64,000 nucleotides of DNA from Batkoa obscura (taxonomy: Eukaryota), in the NCBI GenBank assembly GCA_030770535.1, contig JASVEC010000015.1, positions 496,001 through 560,000 of the forward strand. Direction: 5' to 3'. How positions within the stretch are numbered: the first letter of the stretch is position 1; each line of letters begins with the position of its first letter. The notes beneath the pieces were generated by a model. That model saw only the letters and a list, made by a program, of their open reading frames with translations. It had not been told where the DNA came from and did no database searches. Position numbers and translations under genes: made by a program. Shown one piece after another: positions 51,067 through 62,300 of this stretch.

Positions 51067-52971
51067 ATGCAAACTTTCATAACTAAACTTCGAAACGGAA
51101 TTTTTGAAAATTTCAGTACAATAGGCAGGAGTACACAATATAAACATTGTAATTCATTTACATCAATTTTAAGAGCTACTTATAACAACCCAAGGTTTAT
51201 GGAACTTTATAATAAAACAAAACAAAGAAAAGATATATTATCAAAGCTTACTATCAATAATAATAAACTTAAGCAAGGAATGTATTAAAGTAATGCTTTG
51301 AGGGAAACAGGAAATAAAAATCAACAAGTAGTGTTATTGTTAACTATAACTTCAGTATATTCTTTTGATGAATGTAAAAGTTTTGGGTTTAATATAAATA
51401 GAAATCAATATAATTATTCAAAAATAAGTAATAATAAAAAAATATCAACATTAAAACCTATTATTAAAAATACAAAAAAATTAAAGATAAGCAAATTGAA
51501 ACTATTATACAACATTTACTAAATGATTCAACTATTTCATCAAGATTTAATAAAAATAATAATGACAGTAAATATTCATCAGATAATATATATATATTAA
51601 ATAAAAGTAGAAGAATGATATACAGTAAATATTTTAATGATTCAAAAGATAAAGCGGTAGCTAGGTCAACGTTCTTTAAATATATACCAACTAATTTCAA
51701 AAATCCAGCAAGAAAAACAGATCTATATAATATATATGTCCAGTATACAGTTAGAAAAAAATTATTTGAAAATAAAATATAGCAATAAAAAACAAAGCAG
51801 AGATAGAAGAAATTTTCAATTAAGAAGGAAAATTATACAAATTAGATGAATTATGTGTTGATACTCAAAAAAACACATTTAATGAAACTATTAAAAATTA
51901 AATAATAGAAGTTGTATAATGATTTTAGATTTTAAACAAAATATGGGAATAGAAACAAGACCAGATTCAATAAATCTAGATCATTATAATAAACAAGCTA
52001 TATAGTTATTAGGTTTTGGTGTTTTATATTTAAAAAATCATAAAACAATAGCCAAAGTTTACTTTGGTCATTTATCTGAAATATTGAATCATGACTCAGC
52101 ATATGGGAGTGTTTTTTTTGACTTCATTATTTTTTCCATTTTTTAAGCGCTATTTGAGTGGAAAATTTGTTGGTAAAATTCTTGAACATAAAAATACATC
52201 CCCATATGGTGATGTTTTTTTTGACTTCATTATTTTTCCATTTTTTAAGCACTATTCGAGTGAAAAGATTGTTAGTAAAATCCTTAAACACAAAAAAACA
52301 CTTCCATATGTAGGAGATTGTTTAATCGATTTAATCTCTACAGAGCTTTTATTTAAAAAGTTCACAAAAATTAATATATGGGCAGATACAGGAAATCATT
52401 TTAGATCCCAAGAGTTCTTACATTATATGTTTAAAGAAATTCATAAAATAAATAGTAGTTTGAATGTTAATCTTGATTTTTTTGCTGAGCATCATGGAAA
52501 AAGTATAGTTGATGGACATTTTGGAAACCTTTTAAAATGGAAAAGTAGTTTTGAAGCGTTAGGTGAAATAGAAATATCGATCAATTAATTTCAAGATTTG
52601 AGTCTTATATTTGTGAGCATAATAAAATTAATAACTCGACTGTTAATAATGGGAAAACAGATATAATTTTTAAAAAGTACAAAAGAAACAAAAATACAAA
52701 AAGAATAATAGAGATGCAAGGCATTAAGAAGTATTTACATGTTATTAAACATAACAATAAACTACATTGTTATCCAGTATTCGATACATCAAAAAAAAGC
52801 GATATAGTTCCAATTGAAGTTATAGAGTCTATGGAAAATAGAAAAATTAAAAGATCAATCCCAGCTTATCTTATGAAAATAACAGAAAATTTAAAATTCT
52901 CTATATTTACTAAGCAAGTAAGTAGTTTGTTGAATGATAGAAATAGATTATTCAATATTAATATTACTTAA
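51067..52971 (+). pseudogene. Sola2-like DDD transposase pseudogene
   Basis: RSTFFKYIP…RKTDL, ILDFKQN (51922-), HDSAY, IWADTGNHFRS, FFAEHHGKSIVDGHFG. Disrupted by stops (e.g. TAG 52003), frameshifts and the MITE insertion. Confidence 0.82.
52105..52305. mobile_element. Two tandem family-A MITEs (52105-52203, 52208-52305) nested in the transposase
   Basis: ATAT-[99 bp]-ATAT-[98 bp]-ATAT. Confidence 0.92.
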
Positions 52972-53475
52972 GCTACTAATAACTAAGTTAATAAATAGTC
53001 AAAGAACAAGTAACTGTAATAATATGTAAAAACTATTATTACTTGTACTATATAGGGATGGTTAATTATAGTTTTGGGGCTAACCACTCCCTCCCATGCA
53101 GCTATTTATTAACTTGGCAATATATTAATAATGCAATTATAACATTAAAATAGTTTATTTATTTGATAATAAATCTACAATGTTGGTTATAAAGCAGTTG
53201 ATAATAAATATTTCTCAATAAAGTTTTATAAGGAAATGTATTTAAGGTCTAGTAGAAATTCAACTAACTTACAGTATAAACTATAATAGAATGATTTAGA
53301 ACTGTGTTTGGGTACTTTTGTTTTAATAAAAGATGTGATTTTATAGAATTTTAAGCGAAGTTTTTAAAATACAAAATTTTTCAAAAATTGGATAAAATAA
53401 TGAAACTAATTCAGACAACTTCATTTGTTTATCTAAGTCTAAAAAATAGAAAAAAAGATCATTAATTCCAATTAA

Positions 53476-53557
53476 CGACACCCACAGGATTCGAACCTGC
53501 GCTCCCAAAGGGAAAAGCCTTAGCAGGGCTCCGCGTTAACCACTCCGCCAAGGTGCC
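53476..53557 (-). tRNA. tRNA-Ser(GCU)
   Basis: Reverse complement GGCACCTTGGCGGAGTGGTTAACGCG-GAGCC CTGCTAA GGCTT…GGTTCGAATCC…GGGTGTCG, long variable arm. Confidence 0.95.
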
Positions 53558-54056
53558 TTGATTTTAGTGTCTCAAAATATTATATATTTACTAACAAAAC
53601 TTAAAATTTAGCAAAATGTTTAAAACTTAACACTATATTTACACTATTGTTTTATTCTATCTCTTGATCTTTTAAAAGGCTAATTTTTTAACCATCTAAG
53701 TACTGTAGACACAATTCTTGCCAAATCTTTATGGATTAAATTACATAAACACTGTTTCCATAGGCTTGCAGAGTTTAGATAAATTAACCCTTTGATCATT
53801 ATTCTAAAAAACTGGGCCGATTGCTATAAAAATTAAGTTCATTCATTTAATATAAAACTATATTGCATAATAAATATTTTTTAATGATAATAGAAATAAA
53901 ATCCGATAGAAATGTTCAATTACAATCGTAACACTAGATTAAAATTATTGTAAAGGAATAGAGAAAGTTTATTGGAATTAAATTTAAATAATTAGATGCC
54001 AATTGCTCAACCAAGTAAAATATATATATTTTTTATTATAACTTTAAGTATCATAA

Positions 54057-54138
54057 GACAGTTTGTCCGAGTGGTTAAGGAGTCAGACTTGAAATCTGAT
54101 GGGGTTTCCCCGCACAGGTTCAAATCCTGTAGCTGTCG
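54057..54138 (+). tRNA. tRNA-Ser(UGA)
   Basis: Identical to 27489-27570. Confidence 0.96.
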
Positions 54139-54318
54139 TACTTAATTCAAGATTTTTTTCTTAAAAATAAGATTAAAGTACATATAAATATTTAAAATAG
54201 TCTTTAATTTTTAAGGTATATAGTTACTTAAAATTTAATTATAGCTATAATGGAAATAGTTTAACACTTGTGTATTTTTTTAATTATTTTGTTATTAACA
54301 TCAGTAACTATAATAAAT

Positions 54319-54413
54319 AGGGATGTATTTTTTTGTTTAAGAATTTTATTAACAATCTTTCTGTTGAAATAGAGCTTAAAAAGTGGAAAAGTAATAAAAC
54401 CAAAAACATCCCT
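54319..54413. mobile_element. Family-A MITE copy with AAAT TSD
   Basis: aaat-AGGGATGT…ACATCCCT-aaat. Confidence 0.82.
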
Positions 54414-57400
54414 AAATGATAATGTATTACTAAGTTTACTGTTTTGACCCATAGCAATGATTACATTTTTATAGTGATATTTAAACTAATGTCAAATGGA
54501 GCTTAAGCTATATAAGTATCCTTTTATAAAATGGTTTTTATTAACACCCTAAAGGTTAAACTTTTATAAAAATAATGACTTAAAACGTATTAAGAGCATC
54601 TATGATTTTAATAATAACTACACTTGCAAGGGGAGAAAGAAAACAATCAAACAAAACAAGTCAGGTTGTAAGATCAATTATTCGATTTAGTATTGTAAAT
54701 ATAAGTTTTGTAGATAAAATAACCAATCCTTAATTACCTATTTAGCAAAAATGTTTGGATTAAAATAAAAGTAAAAAATTAATCTAAATGTAGAAAAAAT
54801 CAAAAGATTATTTAAACTTAAACAATATGATACATTGTTGATAGAAATAAGGGGAGTCTAGCTTTTAATAAGTACTTTGTGGAAGTTTCTATCAAATATG
54901 GAAAAAACTTCAATAGTATTTTTTTATGCTAACATTAATATATAGAAATATTCTCCAATATTAATTTAAGTGACTGCTTATAAAACTTTAAACTTGATAT
55001 GAATTTAGATAATAGTATTAAAGTAATGACAAAATATGGGCTAAGCGATATTATAAAACCTTCTTTTTCACATAAATATCATAAGCCATGGAAGAGGCTT
55101 TCACTTAGGAAATTTTAGAATGATATAGGTTTTCCGCTCTGAGATAAGGATAAACTCACAGTTTTGGCAAAAAGGAATAGTAGTTAAAGGTTTCAATTTC
55201 TAGGGGATCCTTATTTTTAGTTTGTTTTAATAATATTTTTTTATGGTCAAAATAGTTTTGATTCAAATAAATAGCTTATACATTAACTCCTTAATATCTA
55301 GTAATAGCGAGTTAACCAAATAAGTATCTATCATTGTACTTATTAATAAAATCTTATATTTAACTATTTATTATACCTTAATGCAGCTCGTACAGTACTA
55401 CTAATTTGTACTATTATGATACTTGTTCCTTATTTGTCAAGCTATAAATAACTTATATACACTTAAAGTAACTGTTAGGCAAGCTATTAGGTTTATGCTA
55501 TACCCCTCTTAATATTTATTAAATATATATATAGTAATTATAAGGTTCATTACAAAACAACAAATACTTATTCTATAATCTGTTTTAGATTTGTGGTAAA
55601 GGCGTCTCTGTTTATTATGAGCTTATTATAATATAGGCTTAAGAAATGAAAATATACTAAACGAAATATTACATTTTGAATCCAGGTAGTCAATAAACTA
55701 AATAATAAGTAGCAAATAATATTTAATCTTATTATAAATCAATACAAAGCATAGGAGTGGTTTACAAATGGGCATATACTATAATACTCAAATTAAATAA
55801 GGATAGAACGTTAAAAATAGTACATTTATAGCTTAAGTTAGCACATATCTGGTTGATAAAAATTATGATGTGGATGGTTCTAAAACTTTAGTAATGCTAC
55901 ATGGTTCTTTGAATACTATTTTGAAACTATTAATCTCTTATAAAGGATCTTTCCTTTTATAATATTAAAAATTTATTAATAGTTAATGTTTTAATTTTAA
56001 TAAGACCTTAGTTTTATATGAAATAGTTTATTGTACTAAATTTAGGAGTTTCTTCTTGAATGTAGGTTTTTGCATCTTATTTACATTGTAAAATACTAAT
56101 TTACAAATATCACAATAAACTAAATATATGGTTTATTGTAGCAAAATATTTGAATTTTGTATTTCCAAGGATTTTGGTAAATTGATATTATAATGTCTTT
56201 GTCCGCTTAAGTAGCTTAAAGGTTAAAGTGTTATTTTTCAAATCTCCGAACAAAGACATACCTATCTAACTATTTGAGTGACAAGCGTTCAGCTCAATAC
56301 TCATTTTAAAAACCTGATTACAAACTCACAAAATACCTCATTTAGTAATAAAATTAAATTGGTAATAATTAAAAAACATACAAAATGAAGTGTATTTTAA
56401 CTTGACATGACTTAATTTAACTTTTCTAAAATTTTAAATACACTTAAAACGATAAAAGAACCATAAAATTTGATGAATTCTTGTAAAAGTTCGTATTTAA
56501 TTACATATTGTTTATGTTCATAATTATACATAATTATAGTTTGAAACAATTTAAACATAGAAAAAAGGATCTCGGGATCTAAACATAAAAAGTAATTCCC
56601 TCGCTATGATAGTTTCATTTATAACTTATAAGCTATTAACATACGTAGTTTAAGGTTAAACAAGTTTAAACTTTAAATTCTAGATATTATAAAGTAAAAC
56701 TAATAAAACTAATTAAAACTACATGATGTATAATAGGGGTGGCGGGATTAATATGTACTTTATTAAAATTCTTACTCTAAATATGACTAGAAGCTTGTTG
56801 ATAAAGTGCAAAATAATAAAAATAAAATAAACTTCAATAAATTAAGCAAAATTAACCCCTTAAAATTTAACTTTTTATGCTAATTCAAAGAGTTAAACAA
56901 AAAAGCCACCCTAGATTTCGATCAGCAAAGTTAAAAAGCATATAAAAAATAAATAGTAACAATTAAATATTTATAGTAATAAAAACCATTTTTAGTATAT
57001 CAACTAAATTACGTTTTTATTTCATAATTTTTTATAAACATATCAAAGTTTCAATTTAAAAGTCGATCTTTTATAGCTGTTAGAGCTTAATTATATAATA
57101 ATTATTTATTTTAACTTAAATTCAACGTTGATATCTAAAATTTCCACATTAATGTTTGAGCCTTAAAGCTAGTGTTTAATCTAGCTTCTTTTATTATAAT
57201 TCTATTTACTTTATAAGCCATTAATACTTAAGTTAGTTGAAAAAGCGAATAAAGTGAAATATCAATGAAATAGTTCATATTTAGCTGTTTTGATTTATAT
57301 TTCTTAAAATAAAGTCATCTTCATAATTTTCACTCAATCTTAATTTTATCAAAGGAAATTTAACTTAAACTGGCAATATCCTTCTTTTTATAGTAAGCCT

Positions 57401-58464
57401 TTACTTTTGTTAAACACTTTAATAGCTATTATGTCTTATTATTAAAACTTGTGATCGGGTAATCCAATGCTGGGTGTACTAAACTATAATACTAATTGAA
57501 CAATAATAGAATGTGAAGTATTATAAACGGCTTTAAAATCATAAAAATGTTTAAGAGTTTATTTAATAAAGAAATGTCTATCAAAAAAATAGCTGTCTAT
57601 ACCTCTAAGCTTCTAAAAGTTATAATTATATTAAAAGCTACTAAAACTATCATTAGAGTGACCAAAGGGTTATCCAGTGTTTCTAATAAGGATTTTTACT
57701 TAAAGCTTTTATAGTGATCAGAATAGATAATTATATTAAATGACTTACAAATCACTCAAAAAGTTTCTTAATAAAGTAAATATTAAATTATAAAGTTTTT
57801 GTTTTTTTTAGATTGTTTGGAATTAATTTACCTTTTATAGCAAACTAACTTAATTTTGTTAGTTTATACTTCGATAGTTAGTTTATTTTACATATAAAGT
57901 ATACAATATTTTAGACTTAAAAAGTCTTTATTTCTTCTTTCATACAAGAAAAAATCAATTCCACCTTTCTTTCTATAAAATATTTTTGACTAAATAAATG
58001 TAAGCTCTTCCAATTTTACTTTTTTAAAAATACGTACATCTCTTCTACACAAAAGCAATGTAATTTTTGATCCATAAACTTCACCACAGATCTTACAATT
58101 TTTAAAAATAACTGCTATTTCGTTTTGTTTTTATGTTGATAAACACTACAAATTTTGTGATTTAGGGCATATTTTAAAAAAAATTGGGTTTTTTTGAATA
58201 CAGGCGAAAGACAGGATTTTTATAATGGTTTTGAAAAATAGAAATAATCCACTTAAAGGACTTTTTAATTAATTTATAAATTTTAATAGTTTAAATTATC
58301 AAATGATAACAAAAATATACTTTTTTAATATTTTTAATATTTTGTTTTATAAATCTATTATATAATCCAGATAAGTTATTTGAATAGTTTTCAGTCTTTT
58401 AGGTTTTTAATTTTGGAATTATAGTTGTTTGTAAAGCTTTATAAAAAGCCCATTTTATTTATAT

Positions 58465-58816
58465 GGGGGTGTTTTTTTGATTTCATCGCTTTTTTCATTT
58501 TTTAAGCGCTATTGAGTAGAATAGCTGTTAGTAAAATTTCTAAACAAAAAACATATCCTTACATCTAGTTTGATAAATGTATTCTAGTAGTTGAATGAAA
58601 AATAGTTTATTTTAGCATTCAATCAGCACTTTTAGATTTCTTGTTGCATAAAAAATTGATAACATTATTAAATGATTATGTAATTTTTGTTTTAAAATAA
58701 AAACATTTATTTATAGCATATGGGGCTGTTTTTTAGTTTCATTATTTTTCCATTTTTTAAGCGCTATTTGAGTGAAAAGATTGTAGTGAAATTCTTAAAC
58801 AAAAAAACACATCACC
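58465..58816. mobile_element. Two family-A MITE copies (58465-58560, 58722-58816), same orientation
   Basis: atat-gggg(g/c)tgtttt…ttttaagcgctatt…; 3' flanks acat/gtat. Confidence 0.8.
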
Positions 58817-59361
58817 GTATTTAGTTATTTATGAATAAAAGCCTGTCCTATACTATCATAATATAAGTAAAATAATAATCAGGTAACTATAAGACTATCT
58901 AGTTTTAGAATATCAGCTCCGAAATTTAATGTTATTAATGAAATTAAATTATAGAAATATTATATAATTATGCCAAGATTATTGATATTGGTTTTTTAAA
59001 TTTAAAGTAGGGCCACATGTCGTTTATTTTACTTCCTTGATTATCGCTTTACTATAACTGTAATATCAATAGTGCTGTAAAAATTAGGATTGTTGTGTAC
59101 CATTTTAAAAAGTACTAAATTAACAAAAAGAGGATAAAAATATTGACACACTTTGATACCAAATGTGCTAAGTTAAATGCTAGTTTAAAATAAAGAGAAA
59201 TTCACAATTTTATGAAAGTAGGAGTAAACAATAAACTATACTAGGGTAATAGTGGCTTTCAAGCTTCTTGTATAATCTTATTTGAAGTTGGCTACATGGA
59301 GCAAGTTAGAAGTTTTAGTGCTTAAATTTACATATTTAGCATCATCCTTAGTGAGACTTAG

Positions 59362-59391
59362 AAAATAAAATAAAATAAAATAAAATAAAAT
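59362..59391. repeat. (AAAAT)6 microsatellite
   Basis: aaaataaaataaaataaaataaaataaaat. Confidence 0.75.
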
Positions 59392-62300
59392 ATCAGTACC
59401 ATCTAACTGAAAATGGTGTATTATAAAGACAGGAAATACACAAAATACCAGTTTAAATTTGTCAATAAACTAAGCTGTAGGGTAATAAAAAACGTTTCAG
59501 CTTAATGACTTTATTTTTACTACTATTTAATTAGCGAACCTTATTAAGCACCCAAAGAAAATTATAAATGAAGCGGATCTTTGATTGATTGAGCGAAAAA
59601 AACCGATTTATAGTAAAAGTGACGATTGATATAGCTATTAGGCCGAGGACAGACCATGCAAACCAAAAAGGCTGTTATTTAAATTAAGCTAGAATTTGGG
59701 CTTAAATTTACTCTAGCCAATTATTGTTGAGTATTGTGTAATTTTGTGTTATATTAAAATATAAATACCCAGCAATTATAATTTATAAAGATAAGAAGCG
59801 GATTTCTTAAAGCACCCAAACAGAAGTTTGAAAAAAATTTAAAGTGGATTGCGTTATTAACCAAATAAAGCAAATAACTTAAACTTAATTTAAAAATAAT
59901 TAAAATAATTGTTTAAGGTACAGATATATAGGTTTGCTATTATTATTTTTTATTAGATCAAAATGAGCTTTAAATAGTATTTATAAGCATTAAGACAGTA
60001 ATTTTATAGCGAATATATATTAAGTATAAACCTTGTTTTAATTATACAGATCACTAGGTTTGATAATTCATTTAAAAATTTAATGGTTGTCATTATTTTA
60101 AGGTTCATTTATTTGGCTGTTAGTATATTTACGAATTTTGGGTATGCTACTATACTTTGTTATTTTTTATATTATTGTAAAATATATATTTAGCGATAGT
60201 AAAACTCAATAGCTATAATATATGAAGTTTTGGACTTGAATACTTTTGGTAACTAAAAATAAAAAATAATATATAAACAAGATAGTATAAAAACCCAAAG
60301 GTAAAAGTCATATAAAAAGAACAAGGCGTGTAATGTCTAAAACAATAGGGTATAAAGGAATAGTGAACGGTGACCTAAGGGATCTGTAAAACTAAGGGGA
60401 GAAAATGAATCAGAACCCAATTGTTTCAATCTACAGATCAAAGGAGGTATAGGGAAGCAATGTTTGATCCTTTAAGACGTTTTTTTGGGGGAAATAAAGC
60501 AAAGGGATATTCTTTATTAATTAAGACACATTATTTTTTAAGAAAAAATTGTTTGGGCTATTGTTTGAATTTGAACAGATAAGCCAAGATTCAAAATAGA
60601 AAACTATAAAAATGATCAATCACCTTACTTTTAGACTATTTTTAAAACCTATACAAAGCTTATTAAATTTTTGAAATTAATGTAGCTAATTCTGTGAGGT
60701 TTACACTTTAAAAAGTCAGCTAAACAATTCCGATTTAGACTTATGTTTATTTATAAAGTACTACATGATGGCAATAAATAAACCAAAGTCTGTATCAGAA
60801 TAAAAAACATTGTGTCTATTATTTCTTTATATAAACCATTATCCGACTTTACTTCAAAAACCAATCTAAACTTAGTTTTTATTCTCTTCGCAAAATTAGG
60901 AGTGTTTTTTTGCCTTTTTTTAAGATAGAATCAACAACCCTCTTTTTTTTAAAACTATAGATAGATACTTAGATTATATAAATACCGTTTTGAAAAATAC
61001 ATATGATGCTATTCTATTCCATGTATTTATATATTATAGTAAGTTAAACTATCTAACATTCTTTTTTTAATCATTATATAATAACCTTTAAACTTATTAA
61101 AGAATAAAGAACAAAAAATAGTCCCCAATGACTGTTAAAACAAATAGGAAATAAAAAAGTTGAACAATGTTTCTAACAGTAATAATAAATAATAATGCTA
61201 AAACAATACAACGAAATCAAGCTACAAAAATCAAAGGGAATAACTATATATTAAAAATCAAGTTAGAGAATATATTAAATAATCATTTTCTAAAAATAAA
61301 GTTATACTTTGGTAATCAGTCTTACGTATCCTAAAGGAAAGCTTATAATCATAAATAAATTATTTTAATATAACTTTTGAGCTACCTTATCTTGTAGGCA
61401 TCAGATGACTTACCTGGTTCATTCAATAAAAACAAAAACATTATTTTAAATACTAAAACAATTCTCGAAAGTTACCATGGTTTAGGGTCACTAAAGAATA
61501 TTATTAAAAAAGTGCCATCTTTTTTATCCAAAGGGTCGATATTGTAGTATAGTAGATAGTATTTATGTTTAGTAAACATAGTGTTTTTATTTTAAAATAA
61601 AAAGGATGATTTAATATTTTAAGAATATACAAAAACAGTTTTTAATCAAATCGTGGTAAAAAAAAGTATTTGCTAAATATAGTTACAAACATTAAGTGTC
61701 AAGTTAGGGTACAAGAAATTGAGCTTTAATAGCAAGACTTAAAATAAGAAATGTATTTTAAAAATAACTTTACAGTTTTTTACAAAAGCACCTCCTTTTT
61801 TTTATCTATTGGGAATGACTATAATTTATTTGAAAAAAAAACTGGTCGATTTGATGAATAGAATAGTTTATTATTAAACTATAAAATTAATACTTTATGG
61901 CCTAGAGTCAAGCATGATGAGATATTAAATAACTTTTATTAAGCTACAATTCCTCCTTGTCATTACGTTACCTGAATCATAACATATAACTAATAATCAA
62001 TGTGTAGCAATGAGTAGACTCAACTATATTATTCTCCAAATAACTTTGACTGTTTAAATTAGTTAATTTAAAAAACTCTCCTAAGTATCCGGGATCATTA
62101 ATGAAAATTCTGAGTTTCTTTTTATTTATTTTTAACTTTTATATATTAAATGTTTGAAAAAGATTTTAAATTTATTATTAAATCTGTTAAAGTATCCGAG
62201 TATTTTAATTTTAATATTCGAAATTTCTATGGGGTAATTAAATAAATTGCGTATATTATTTCCAAATTAAACTTTATTGAAATGATCATATTTATTAGAT

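Larger units (their letters stand above)
50780..53422 (+). mobile_element. Decayed autonomous-type DNA transposon, Sola2-like
   Basis: Imperfect 22-bp TIRs (ggagctgtcctaattggtttca / gaagttgtctgaattagtttca, 17/22), ATTT duplicated on both sides, transposase remnant inside. Confidence 0.8.

Noticed and set aside
52091..52588. 165-aa ORF as a real protein
   Set aside because: Its first ~70 codons are read through two MITEs; only the distal part is transposase.
61408..61417. ACTTACCTGG resembling the U1 snRNA 5' end
   Set aside because: The downstream sequence is A-rich with no U1 stem-loops or Sm site. It is more likely chance or a minus-strand splice donor.
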